A DNA stretch of 64,000 nucleotides from Spirulina sp. (GCA_044070495.1 JBIPSI010000007.1:1-64000), one strand, 5' to 3'. Numbered from the stretch's first letter, positions 39,532 through 49,628 are shown. The notes: generated from the letters alone by a model not told the origin. Program-made: numbers and translations.

Positions 39532-39950
39532 AATGCTGTACTCTAATACATAATGGTGTCATTTCGGGCACCCTGCATAACTCAACCTATGCCTAGCATG
39601 CCCACTTCACCGCTAGTCTTCCACCTTAAAACAGAGGGGAAAACTGCATTGGGCAACAGCGACTAAGCTTCGATGTGCTAGGGACTTTAGGTAAGTTCAC
39701 TCGATTCCAGACTAATTTCGCATCAACTTTGGCCTAAATCATCGGTTTTCATTAAGATAAGCCGCTGTTTTGACCTTGCCATGGATCAAGCTGACAGGAT
39801 GAGGAAGACAGTGAACCCACCCCAGAGACCTTGCAGGCAAGGCGTTTAGGATTATTCTGACTTAGACATTCTGCTCCATCGGCTAACAGCTTATTCGTCA
39901 AGAAATCGCTACATATAATAGTTTTCTAACAGATGACGCGAATCTGACCA

Positions 39951-40151
39951 ATGCTAACCCTGCGAACAATGGACTTAGCTCCTGACGACCTGGCACAGCG
40001 ACTAGGTAGGTTAGGTGCAGCGGAGCGAAACCCAACACTCGCCGAAGATTTGGGGCTTGCTGAGTTCTGCTATCGCGCCACCCAACCTGCGGATATAGAG
40101 GCTTTTCGACGTTATGTTCGGCAGCCAGGCCCTTGGTTTTACTTCATTTAA
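39951..40151 (+). CDS. Small hypothetical ORF, possibly a remnant
   Basis: 66-aa ATG ORF ending just before the MITE; no family recognised. Confidence 0.3.
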   Translation: MLTLRTMDLAPDDLAQRLGRLGAAERNPTLAEDLGLAEFCYRATQPADIEAFRRYVRQPGPWFYFI

Positions 40152-40165
40152 CTGAAGTTTGCCAT

Positions 40166-40295
40166 CTGGTTGACTGACAAAACTTGCGAGAACCCAAATC
40201 CGCCAAAGGGTCAGGAGACCTGACCCCTACATTATCCAAATCCTGTAGGGGCGCGGTTTCCGCGTCCGGCGCAGGATCTTCTGTCAGTCAACCAG
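40166..40295. mobile_element. 130-bp MITE, copy 1
   Basis: 14-bp TIRs CTGGTTGACTGACA/TGTCAGTCAACCAG; flanks GTTTGCCAT/GCTTGCCAT (9-bp TSD, one mismatch); second copy at 54987-55116. Confidence 0.9.
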
Positions 40296-40395
40296 GCTTG
40301 CCATAGAAACCTAGAATAATAAGCATAGAAAAAAATCATCTATCCTGATGCTTCGGATATTTTCGCCAAAAATTTTCATCATGAATCCAAAATGA

Positions 40396-40842
40396 TTATA
40401 CCGAAGCGACTTCAACCAGGGTTAGGTTAACAATACTACGTACTGGCGTACCATCCGGAAGAAACATGGTCAACTTATAGCTGAGAGATTGTACAAAGCA
40501 GCGTAGATACTCTTGACTGCCCCACGTAAATACATAAATTGGTGGTCGATCTTTGCCATCTAAAAATTCAACAGCCTGGCGAAATTTACTGATGTATTCC
40601 GTGTAAACATTGCCACCACTTTCGTAGGTATCAAAGACAATATTACTAATAGTTAATCGCCAAGGTTCTGGAGAGCCAAAGCTAATTTTTGGCAGTCCAG
40701 AGTCTGTCCGAGAACCAGGGGATGAATTGAGATTAACAGTGCGATCAAAGTTTAACTCCGTGGGGTTGAACATAAATTCAATCGTATCAATCGTGCTGTT
40801 TCCCTCTCGTGCAATTAGCTTAGCCTTAACTGGATTTGTCAT
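40396..40842 (-). CDS. CIS tube initiator (Afp7/Pvc7-like, no LysM)
   Basis: IEFMFNPTEL, IVFDTYE, RPPIYVFTWG and LTMFLPDGTPVRSIVNLTLVE. Confidence 0.85.
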   Translation of the reverse strand: MTNPVKAKLIAREGNSTIDTIEFMFNPTELNFDRTVNLNSSPGSRTDSGLPKISFGSPEPWRLTISNIVFDTYESGGNVYTEYISKFRQAVEFLDGKDRPPIYVFTWGSQEYLRCFVQSLSYKLTMFLPDGTPVRSIVNLTLVEVASV

Positions 40843-40852
40843 AGCCTTAGTA

Positions 40853-43800
40853 TCATTTCAAACGTTTGTCGTAAAGTCTTCCGTGGCGTTCTTTCTCAAT
40901 CATCAATCGTTGCCGCATCCTGTAATAAACTTCCTGGGCTAGTTGTTCCAAAGCCCAGGATTTGTCGGCATTATCTTTCGGTGCACGATTCTGATTTGCC
41001 TCAATGGTTGTGAACGGTGTATCCTCCTTAGCTTGAATCAGAAAACTGGGCTGAGACAAATCCGAATGAGCAGTATTTTGGGTTTGAATGGCAGGTGGAT
41101 TACGAAATTTGAGGACAGGCTTAGTACGGGAAATAGAGAGTCTTCGCTGAATTGACGTGGTTGATAATGGCGATGACGTCGTTAGGGGTATAGAAGATAC
41201 GGTTGGCGAGGTCTCTACGATTTCCTGGGATAATTTTGGCTCAGTTCTATCCCAAGTTGTTGGTTGCATTTTTGGAGAACCGTCCTGAACTTGAGATGCT
41301 ACTAAGTCTGCTAAATTTTGCCACTCTGACGGCAACACTGAGTCATTGTCATCCGCTAAACGTTGAATCATTGACGCATCCATCTGAGATGGTTGAGCCA
41401 TTTTAGATAAATCAGATTCAGATTGTTGCCTGAGCCATGACTGTTTTATAGATTCAGGATCTGTATCAGGTATTCGAGAAATTTTGTCTGTCTCAGGATG
41501 GTGGACAACGTCAGATAAATCCGCATGAGGCTGTATAGGTAGCGTTGCAATTGAAGATAACTGAATTCCAGCTATATCTAAATTATGTTGACTTTGTGCA
41601 GCATTAGTGACGACAAAAACGCCTTGATTTTGATCAGAGCTTTGGTCATATTTTAGCGGCAATTCTATCTCTATTTCTCGACGAATTGAAGTATCTTTTT
41701 CCAAGCCATTTTCAATTATTTGCTGATTAACTTCAGGCTTTCTTTGAAGCGATCTAGGTGGAGACTGAAAATCCATCAGAATGGGCAAGTTTTCATGGTC
41801 TTTAGAATTTTTTTGCAAGCCTATATCTTGTGAAGAAGCAAGGTTTTCTGGCCAAGTTGGTAATGGTTTAACGGTCCCATGGATGACTGTATGCTGATCC
41901 AAGTGCTTATTTATGTTTTGTTCTTGGGCAGCACTAGCACCTACAATCATTGGGTTTGTGGCGTTGATTGCTGACACATTACGTTCTAAGGAGTTGTCTA
42001 ATGCCAAGTCCTCCGACTTCAAGAGGCGGCTAGACGGTGACCCTAAAGCTGAATGTGTCGATTCAATGGTTGACGAAAAGCTGGAAATACCTTCACTCAA
42101 TCGCTGAATACTGTTGGCCGACGCATTTGCCGCAGAAAACAGATCCCCAGGGTTTAGTGCATTTACGGCAAATATTGATGTAGCACTGGATGGGATAGTG
42201 CGATCTCCAAAACGAGATATCGAAGTATCTTGAGTAGATGATTGTTCTTGATTAGAACTTTGGAGATTTTCATTTTCTGAAAATTCAGGATTCGTAGTTG
42301 ACAGACTTGTTAAATTATCAAAATGGCTAGCGTGTGTTCTCTGAATATTTTGGAAAGATACGTTCTGAAACTGTGGCAGCCTGTCAGCGGCAATAGAATC
42401 TACTAAAGGCGTTTTTTCTTCGGTTTCACCATCTGTTGAGAAAAAAGGATTGATCTCGTTAACTCGCTGAATTTGACTAGGAAGTACAGCTTTAGTCATC
42501 GAGATCACCATAGGATGGTGATTAACTACTTGAGCATTGACAGCGACAGTTCCTGCGTCAAAGCCTTGAACGTCAGGCGTTTGAATATTGTGGGGCTGAA
42601 CGCTCTCGAAATTGGATAGGGAGTCAGCAGAATATAGCCTAGTTGAAGATATTATATCTGGCTCAACAACATCCTTGTTTTCGCTATTTTTTTGAATGAT
42701 ATCTGGTAGCAAATCTTCGGAGTTAGGTCGGCCAGCAAGATAAGCTTGACTAGATTCTTGAACAGCTTCGGAGGAGTTATCCACAACCGTAGGCCATAAA
42801 TCAGACCTTGGGGTAGATGCCGCTGGTGAGGATATCGAACTGACTGGAGTGCTCGACTTTGTATCGCGTGATAGTTGAATAGTATTAGATGGCGTGTCGT
42901 TATATTTTGGCAGTATTTCAGGACTGAGAAAAGATGTAAGAGACGGAGATAAGTGGTCTAAAGAAAGGTTTGGATCAGGATCTCTGTGGAGTTGGATCCT
43001 CTCTAGAGAAAGAGCTTTATCACTGGAAGAGATTTGCTGACCTCGCTGAATAACAGTATGATTTTGTGAAAGTTTAGACGAGGATCCGAGATCTAGTGAG
43101 GTCAGTTCATTTTCTGATCCGATAACGCTAATTTGCTGATCAACAGGTAGCTTTATCGGGTCAGATATAATAGGTGAAAAAAAAGTAGAATATCTTTCAG
43201 GATACTTTTGAACTTTATCAAAGGTTTTTCCTTCAATACTCGACAGAAATTCAGGTGATAAATCCGCACTCAAAGTGTTAGATTTATTATCTCCAGGGTC
43301 AACATCATTTTCCTCGTTGGTCTTCTGAATCTGTTTTAGGAATGAGCCTTCAATACCAACTAAAGGTTCGGATTCTGATCCCTCAGATACTGAAATTGGT
43401 GCCGAAGATATAGAAGATAAATCTTCTGAGATGGTCGATTCCTCTCCATGGAATTTCTGAACTTTATTAAATAATGGTGATTCAGCGTTTAATGTAGGCT
43501 GACTATCTAAGGATGCGTCCTTAGATATCGTACCAGACAGGAAATCTACATGGTCTGAGGACGTATCGCCAGAATCTTTTTCGTCCTGAGATAATGTTTC
43601 TTGATGATCAGTGAAAGATTTAAATTCTGAAGATGGAGTTGCAGGGATAGATGAATTATCTATTGAGGAAAGGCCGCTTTCTCCATTAACTTTATTAATT
43701 GGATTAGGAGGTGAAATCTGAAGATTAGATACAGCCTTGGGAATGGAATGTGGTGTTGAAGATTCAGGATAGCCATCCAGAGGAGCCGTAGAGTCTTGCT

Positions 43801-46800
43801 CGACAGTTCTCTGTATTGGCTGATCGGATATGTTTCCAATATCTGTTTGAAGCTCAAATCCAAAGTCTAACTTTGAAGATGTGGATAGATTATTTATTAG
43901 GAAGTTAGTATTTTCTTCAAAAGCATTCTGAATTTGCCTGTCTGAACTTGCTTTAAGACGAGCAGGCTCTTGAAAGGTTGACGTTGTTAATTCAGCCTCA
44001 GATAGGGTATCTGCCGAAGAAGGTATATTGTCATCGGCTACTCTCTGAATTGGATAAGATACCTCCCCCTCAATATGATTTCGCAATTGAGGCTCTAGCG
44101 CTTTAGGTTCAGACACGGGAATATTATTGTTCGAGGAGATAATATCATCCTCGGCCATGCTCTGACTCTGACCCGAGGAGATATCTCTAAGATCTCTGGT
44201 TGGTTCAGCACCTAAATTGAGATCAGATACTAAATCAGATTTAGGTGCAAATTCTATATTTGTGAGAGAATGATCTGCTTGACTAGTTCTTTGAGTCTGT
44301 TCAGGGGATGTATTCTCAGGGATAATGACAGGTTTTGCATCTAAGTTTATGGTTGCAGACAAAGATTCTACGATTGTTGGGTTCGGGAAACTTTCTTCGT
44401 TAGACTCCTGAAGGTTATTGGGCGATGATAGTTCAATATCCGTTGGGGTTTCACGAGCTAAGTTGTCTGACTGATATGTAAGGTTTGTGTCCGTTGAGAA
44501 TGTTGAACTACTTTCGCTAGACTTCTGAATTTGCTCAGGTATTGATCCCTCAATAATAGGTTGTGTTTTAGTCGATAAGGTTTCTACCGTTGTCTCAGAT
44601 GCCACATTAGCTAAAAATTCGGGGTAGTTCCCCTCCATTATCGGAATAGACGGGGAGGATAGGTTTTCAGCAGCGCCTAAGGCCTGAGGTTCTAAGGCTG
44701 GGATTGTAGGTATAGGCCCTGAATCTCCTACGGATGCAGTGCTTTCCTCACGCATTGTTTGATTCTGATCGAATGACAGCGCATCAAGATTTATTGGAGG
44801 GTTATTAACAAAATTCTCTAGATTATGTGCAGAGGCTATATCTGTTGAGGATGTGGAAAGGCTTTCATTGGCTTTCTGAATCTGCTTAGGTGCTGCCTCC
44901 TCGATATCTACAGGCGTTTGAGTAAGAGGTGTTGTTGCAGAAGCAGAGACTATCTCCGTTTTTTCAACGGAGATTTCTTCACTGGCCCTTTGCAATTGAT
45001 CAGGCAATGCTTCTTTAATGTGTGGTTGTTCGCTAATAACTAGATTTGTCGTTTGGAACGCAGAATTTATATTTCCGGTAAACGTAGATCTTGCCTCATC
45101 AAATTTCTGAATCTGTTCAGGTATGAGTGTCTCGATGTCAGAATGAGTTTTGGACAATGAAGCTTCTGTAGTTAACTTAATTATGGCATTTGTCGAGGAT
45201 ATAGGATTATCCTCATTAACCTTTTGAATTGGGCTGGATGACACCTCTTCAGCAGCGGCTAGAGGTTGAGATTCTAAGGCCTTGATTTCAGGGATGGGTG
45301 CTGCATTCGTGGGTGGCATAGAGCTTGCTTCACGAATGGTCTGACTCTGCTCGAATGATGATACCTGATCAATATAGACTAGAGGTTCATCAACGAGATT
45401 CTCTGAATTATGTGTAAAGGCTAGATCTGTCGAGGATGTCAAACTATTTTCATCAGCTTTCTGAATCTGCGTAGGTACTACTTTCTCGATATCTAAGGGC
45501 ATTTTAGGCGGTAGATAGGCTGTCGTTGAAGTAGAGGCTGTATCTATTGAGGGTACAGACTCTATATCCCTTGCAGGCACAGAATTTTCCTCACCAGTCC
45601 TCTGCACCTGTCCAGGCAGTGTACTTTGGGCACGAGTCGAAATCTCCGTATCTAAGGATGCGTCTACCAAGGGAGATGCTGTATCGGTGGAGGCAATAGC
45701 ATCGACCTCGATCTCTTGTTGTGGTTGCCCTAGCAAAAAAGATTCAGTATTTTGAGACGTTGCGGTTTTAAGTAGTTGTATCGTAGGCGTGGATAAGGAC
45801 TCTGCTGACAATGTTGAGCCTTCTTCCCTATCTCTCTGGATCGACACAGCCGATGGATCTTCAATATCTATTGAAGATGTAGATGTTAAGACATCTGCTG
45901 CGGAAGAAGAGGTTTTCTCTGTGGAGATGCGAGTATTTCTTTCGCTATGATCCTGGGATTCTTGATAGGATAGTTGCTCTCTCTCAGAGACGTTTTCAGG
46001 ATCTGGCGATTTTTGCGTAGAGGATGATGGGCCGTCTGCAATCAATTCAGCACGACTCTCACTGGATCTTTGAATCTTTTGAGAGACTGAATCACTAGCT
46101 CTCAATGAAATTTCAGGAAATGCCGGATTCTGCGCAGAGAATGGTGTGCCCTCTGACAGCAAAAGACTACTTCTTTTAATAGAGCCTTGACTAAGGTCAG
46201 GAGCCAAGTTTTTAGGGGCCAAGTCTTCGCTCCTGATTAAAGCTTCATCGTTAACGGATTCTATATCCAAGTCTGATGCGTTGACGACAGAAGCCGTTGG
46301 GTTGCTTTCGCTAGCCCTTTGAATAGGCGTAATTTCTGCTAGCACTGTTTCAGGAAAATCGGTAGAGATTGGGGAATTTTCTATATGTTCTAGCCCCATC
46401 TCCGTGGGGAAAGCAGCACTGCTCTCAGTGACACCATGGGAATGTTGTGGGGCTGAAGGTTCTGATTGGATTAGATTAGGCTTAAATAGAATTTCTGATC
46501 GTTGTAAATCGGCATGGATAAATGGTTCAGCTTCTGTTGTTTCCGGTAATAAGTTTGTCACCTCGGCCATGCCACTATCCATCATTTGCTGGGGCTGAAG
46601 TGGCGCAGGCGGTGTAGAGAAATCGACGATGACAGGCAAATTTTCGTGACTTGGCGGAGTATGGGCTGGCATCCCCGGCGTGGGGCTAATTCTAGTTGTC
46701 GGTTGGGATGTGGAAGCCTCTGTTGGAGTAACATTCTTGGCCTGAATAGCCTGGGCAGATGTAACGGTATTTTCAGTAAAGAGATTACGAGAAATTTGAG

Positions 46801-48028
46801 GTTGATTCGCTGTTGATGTATGACTGCCTGAAACTGATGTATGTCTCTCTTCAGTATTTGGAGAAGATTCTAGATTTTGCCCTTCCTTCGGACTGTGGGA
46901 AATATTACCCTGGACATCTTCATTCACCTTGACGTTCGGTCGCTTTACTCCGAGGACGTTATTCTCCTGGTCGCTACTCTCTGGAGAAGAGAGTCTTTGA
47001 ACAGAGAAATTGTCAGGGTTCGATTTAAGAGTGCTCAAATCAGAAAATATGGGCTTAGATTCTACGACAATGGCTTGCTTGTCAACCGAATCCTGAGAGT
47101 CTAACATGGAATTAGGCAGGGATTTTCCTGACCGCAACTCCTGGGATAATACGCCGTTCTCGACAATATTAGCCTGACTGTCTAGCGCTGATTGGATCGC
47201 ATTGCTATCCGGAATAATAGCTTGTGAAAAAGTGCGATTATCTAGGTCAAAAGATGTATTTAAATTGGCAGAAGAAGGCCACGTGTTTTCTGGAATGACG
47301 CGATCTTCTGCACTATTTCTTTGGATTATGTTATTGTCGGAGGTGTTTATTGCTTTGGGCAGACTGCTACCTGATGTAGAACTTCCCAGGAAAGTACGTT
47401 CCTGAGAAATTTCCCCCTCGGGAAATATGGTTTTAGATGTTGTCTCCTCTAAATTAATGTTGAGGGAAAGCTTGTGATTTTGAATAATCTCATCGTCAGG
47501 ATTTATCGCAGCCTTAGGTTGGATAGGTGCCGACGCAGGAGCGTCTATCTCAGGGCGCTTTTGGATAACTAACGGTTCAGAGGTTAAGACAACTTTAGGG
47601 GCAAGGTTTTCTGTCCTAATATCCTCTGAAAAGATATTACTTGGGGGCGATAAATTCTTAGGATTTGAGGTAAAAATAGAGGGTTTATGTTCTGAAGTAC
47701 TATCCTCTGACAAGGATTGTGTTTGAATCGGATAAGGCTTAACGTTAGAGAGATGACTTTGAGGTGACGTGCTCGCCGTTGGGGAAAATCCTTGATGAAA
47801 AAGTGGATCTGAGACAGATGATGATGCAAATTCAGTATTCTCTGGAGAGAATTGTCTGTGAAGCTGAGCAGCCTCGCTAGGTGAAGTAACTTCTTCTTCA
47901 ATGGGGTCAATGTCGGGCAAGCCAGCGGGGAAAAAATAGGCTAGATTTAACACCCCCAAGGAATGTGCCCCTAGGGGCTGGTGGTGTCCTAGGGGTTGGT
48001 TTGCAGAGACCAGGAGAGAATCGACCAT
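40853..48028 (-). CDS. Giant 2391-aa low-complexity CIS-associated protein with IQR/IQK repeats
   Basis: 7.2-kb uninterrupted ORF, rich in S/T/E/P, many (I/V/L)Q(R/K) motifs, C-terminal helix LEQLAQEVYYRMRQRLMIEKERHG. Confidence 0.85.
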   Translation of the reverse strand: MVDSLLVSANQPLGHHQPLGAHSLGVLNLAYFFPAGLPDIDPIEEEVTSPSEAAQLHRQFSPENTEFASSSVSDPLFHQGFSPTASTSPQSHLSNVKPYPIQTQSLSEDSTSEHKPSIFTSNPKNLSPPSNIFSEDIRTENLAPKVVLTSEPLVIQKRPEIDAPASAPIQPKAAINPDDEIIQNHKLSLNINLEETTSKTIFPEGEISQERTFLGSSTSGSSLPKAINTSDNNIIQRNSAEDRVIPENTWPSSANLNTSFDLDNRTFSQAIIPDSNAIQSALDSQANIVENGVLSQELRSGKSLPNSMLDSQDSVDKQAIVVESKPIFSDLSTLKSNPDNFSVQRLSSPESSDQENNVLGVKRPNVKVNEDVQGNISHSPKEGQNLESSPNTEERHTSVSGSHTSTANQPQISRNLFTENTVTSAQAIQAKNVTPTEASTSQPTTRISPTPGMPAHTPPSHENLPVIVDFSTPPAPLQPQQMMDSGMAEVTNLLPETTEAEPFIHADLQRSEILFKPNLIQSEPSAPQHSHGVTESSAAFPTEMGLEHIENSPISTDFPETVLAEITPIQRASESNPTASVVNASDLDIESVNDEALIRSEDLAPKNLAPDLSQGSIKRSSLLLSEGTPFSAQNPAFPEISLRASDSVSQKIQRSSESRAELIADGPSSSTQKSPDPENVSEREQLSYQESQDHSERNTRISTEKTSSSAADVLTSTSSIDIEDPSAVSIQRDREEGSTLSAESLSTPTIQLLKTATSQNTESFLLGQPQQEIEVDAIASTDTASPLVDASLDTEISTRAQSTLPGQVQRTGEENSVPARDIESVPSIDTASTSTTAYLPPKMPLDIEKVVPTQIQKADENSLTSSTDLAFTHNSENLVDEPLVYIDQVSSFEQSQTIREASSMPPTNAAPIPEIKALESQPLAAAEEVSSSPIQKVNEDNPISSTNAIIKLTTEASLSKTHSDIETLIPEQIQKFDEARSTFTGNINSAFQTTNLVISEQPHIKEALPDQLQRASEEISVEKTEIVSASATTPLTQTPVDIEEAAPKQIQKANESLSTSSTDIASAHNLENFVNNPPINLDALSFDQNQTMREESTASVGDSGPIPTIPALEPQALGAAENLSSPSIPIMEGNYPEFLANVASETTVETLSTKTQPIIEGSIPEQIQKSSESSSTFSTDTNLTYQSDNLARETPTDIELSSPNNLQESNEESFPNPTIVESLSATINLDAKPVIIPENTSPEQTQRTSQADHSLTNIEFAPKSDLVSDLNLGAEPTRDLRDISSGQSQSMAEDDIISSNNNIPVSEPKALEPQLRNHIEGEVSYPIQRVADDNIPSSADTLSEAELTTSTFQEPARLKASSDRQIQNAFEENTNFLINNLSTSSKLDFGFELQTDIGNISDQPIQRTVEQDSTAPLDGYPESSTPHSIPKAVSNLQISPPNPINKVNGESGLSSIDNSSIPATPSSEFKSFTDHQETLSQDEKDSGDTSSDHVDFLSGTISKDASLDSQPTLNAESPLFNKVQKFHGEESTISEDLSSISSAPISVSEGSESEPLVGIEGSFLKQIQKTNEENDVDPGDNKSNTLSADLSPEFLSSIEGKTFDKVQKYPERYSTFFSPIISDPIKLPVDQQISVIGSENELTSLDLGSSSKLSQNHTVIQRGQQISSSDKALSLERIQLHRDPDPNLSLDHLSPSLTSFLSPEILPKYNDTPSNTIQLSRDTKSSTPVSSISSPAASTPRSDLWPTVVDNSSEAVQESSQAYLAGRPNSEDLLPDIIQKNSENKDVVEPDIISSTRLYSADSLSNFESVQPHNIQTPDVQGFDAGTVAVNAQVVNHHPMVISMTKAVLPSQIQRVNEINPFFSTDGETEEKTPLVDSIAADRLPQFQNVSFQNIQRTHASHFDNLTSLSTTNPEFSENENLQSSNQEQSSTQDTSISRFGDRTIPSSATSIFAVNALNPGDLFSAANASANSIQRLSEGISSFSSTIESTHSALGSPSSRLLKSEDLALDNSLERNVSAINATNPMIVGASAAQEQNINKHLDQHTVIHGTVKPLPTWPENLASSQDIGLQKNSKDHENLPILMDFQSPPRSLQRKPEVNQQIIENGLEKDTSIRREIEIELPLKYDQSSDQNQGVFVVTNAAQSQHNLDIAGIQLSSIATLPIQPHADLSDVVHHPETDKISRIPDTDPESIKQSWLRQQSESDLSKMAQPSQMDASMIQRLADDNDSVLPSEWQNLADLVASQVQDGSPKMQPTTWDRTEPKLSQEIVETSPTVSSIPLTTSSPLSTTSIQRRLSISRTKPVLKFRNPPAIQTQNTAHSDLSQPSFLIQAKEDTPFTTIEANQNRAPKDNADKSWALEQLAQEVYYRMRQRLMIEKERHGRLYDKRLK

Positions 48029-48135
48029 GGGCGGGCGTGGGACGTCCTGTAGGGGCTGGAATAAGCGGTAACTAGGAAGTTAAAAAATGAAGAAACTGAT
48101 GAACTCATTAACCCTGGGATGCATTGAGAGATGGA

Positions 48136-48693
48136 TTAATGACTAGAGAAGTAACCTGAGGAATCGCGTCGTAGATCGGTGGATGCGCCGCCACTACTTC
48201 CTTTAAAGACAACTTTTAATCCCTCATAGGCAAGGGTAAGTTCTTCGAGGGCTACAGTAGAGGAATCAGCCTGAAGGGTAGGGGCTTTCCAGCTCGTAGG
48301 AATAGCTCCAATCAGAGTCCAACACTGCATTGTTTCCCCGGATTGATTGAACACTAAAATATTGATATTGCGACGATAACTAGAAGGCGCAGTACTTCCA
48401 GATTGTTGGGCGAGAAGAGGAGAAATCCAGTTCCAGAACACGGGATCATCGCTTAGGCCACGTCGTAGTGTAACATCCGAGAATTCTGCTGGCCCCAACA
48501 GAATTCGTTGTTGTTCGTTTACGCCTCCTTCCATTAACGTTTCTTTTTTAATTTGGACACCTAGGCCGCTACACTCACTAAAGGAGGCCGTAATCTGGCT
48601 CTCTATTTCGACATAAAAATGGTTGGCCGTGACATAGTTTAGGCCAAAGGTATCGGCTCCATTTTTTGTGTTTTGGGAAGTGGTAGAGGGCAT
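48136..48693 (-). CDS. Phage tail tube protein (T4 gp19 family, Afp5-like)
   Basis: FYVEIE, FSECSGL, EGGVN, VTLRRG, W.L.GA.P..WKAP and LEELTLAYEG. Confidence 0.9.
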   Translation of the reverse strand: MPSTTSQNTKNGADTFGLNYVTANHFYVEIESQITASFSECSGLGVQIKKETLMEGGVNEQQRILLGPAEFSDVTLRRGLSDDPVFWNWISPLLAQQSGSTAPSSYRRNINILVFNQSGETMQCWTLIGAIPTSWKAPTLQADSSTVALEELTLAYEGLKVVFKGSSGGASTDLRRDSSGYFSSH

Positions 48694-48696
48694 GGC

Positions 48697-48733
48697 TATT
48701 GGTTATTAGTTATTGGTTATTGGTTGTTGGTGA
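48697..48733. repeat. Heptamer tandem repeat (TATTGGT-like, STRR type)
   Basis: TATTGGTTATTAGTTATTGGTTATTGGTTGTTGGT. Confidence 0.75.
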
Positions 48734-48776
48734 CTAGGGATTGGGACTGGGTTAACAGGCGGGATGTTCATGCGGG

Positions 48777-49019
48777 TTAGCGAGATTGTTGACGGGAGAG
48801 GTCTTGTTTGAGGAGGGCATAGACCCGGTCGCAGAGGTGCTGGAGGGCAATGGGGTCATTGAGGAGTTCGGCGGCGATCTGACCGATGGCAGCGAGGTCT
48901 TTGTTCGTGAGGGTGTCGGAGGGGGAGATGGGGGAACCTATGGGGGCGGATCCCTGGGTTGGTTCAGGAACCGCTGGGAATTGACTGGTGAGGGCTGTGG
49001 GATCGTAATGGTTAGGCAT
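48777..49019 (-). CDS. Small CIS-associated protein
   Basis: 80-aa ATG ORF in operon position; C-terminal helix LQHLCDRVYALLKQDL. Confidence 0.7.
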   Translation of the reverse strand: MPNHYDPTALTSQFPAVPEPTQGSAPIGSPISPSDTLTNKDLAAIGQIAAELLNDPIALQHLCDRVYALLKQDLSRQQSR

Positions 49020-49077
49020 GGGGGTTGGGTCTCGCTGGGTTTTGGTGGGGGCGTACCGCTGTATTTTCGTGCGGGGA

Positions 49078-49221
49078 TCATTGGGTGAGGTCGTTAATTT
49101 GGTCGATCCAGCGGTTGCGGTCTCGGTGTTCTAGGCTCAAAATTTCCTCCAGCGTCCAGTGAACCTGCATGGATAAAAAGGCTACCTCCGCTTGCAGGTC
49201 GGCGGCGGGGTAGCTTACCAT
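49078..49221 (-). CDS. DUF6760-like 47-aa ORF, missing from the ORF track; probable -1 frameshift extension of the upstream chaperone
   Basis: MVSYPAADLQAEVAFLSMQVHWTLEEILSLEHRDRNRWIDQINDLTQ; HW...EIL.L....R..W pattern of gpGT/gpE'-type tail chaperone extensions. Confidence 0.8.
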   Translation of the reverse strand: MVSYPAADLQAEVAFLSMQVHWTLEEILSLEHRDRNRWIDQINDLTQ

Positions 49222-49592
49222 TCCCCCGCCAGGGCAAGTTCCAGATTAAAAGCGTGCTGGCATTGGGGGCATTGGGCAGGAATATGGGCCTCGCCAGACT
49301 GGTTGATGCGGTTGTAGAACTCGCGCAGGTAAGACAAATCTACGGTAAATAGTTCTTCGAGCACCGTGGGCGTCAGGGTGACAAGATCGCCGAGCCGGAT
49401 GATCACCTGGGAAAGCATGACTAAATCTCCATAGCCCGGTTGAGCCTGGGCTTGGCGGTTGCGCGACACGGTGAGTTCGTCGCGGGCGGTGGCAAGGCGC
49501 ATGATCCCTTCCCGACGCAATACGCCATCGGATCCCATGAGACCACGGGGGAGTTCAAAGGGGAATTCGGTGGGGGGGAGGGGGAAGGACAT
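49215..49592 (-). CDS. CIS tail assembly chaperone-like protein
   Basis: FELPRG...DG.LRREG.MRLATARDE, LF..DL.YL..FY.RIN, CPQC, ends LAGEW. Confidence 0.8.
   Translation of the reverse strand: MSFPLPPTEFPFELPRGLMGSDGVLRREGIMRLATARDELTVSRNRQAQAQPGYGDLVMLSQVIIRLGDLVTLTPTVLEELFTVDLSYLREFYNRINQSGEAHIPAQCPQCQHAFNLELALAGEW
49221..49227 (-). other. Candidate -1 ribosomal frameshift slippery site G GGG GAA
   Basis: Minus strand reads GCG GGG GAA TGG TAA; the -1 frame continues GGA ATG GTA AGC into the 47-aa ORF. Confidence 0.7.
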
Positions 49593-49597
49593 TGGCA

Positions 49598-49628
49598 AGT
49601 CGGGAGTCGGGAGTCGGGAGTCGGAAGT
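49598..49628. repeat. Heptamer tandem repeat (AGTCGGG)n
   Basis: AGTCGGG x3 then AGTCGGA. Confidence 0.8.
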
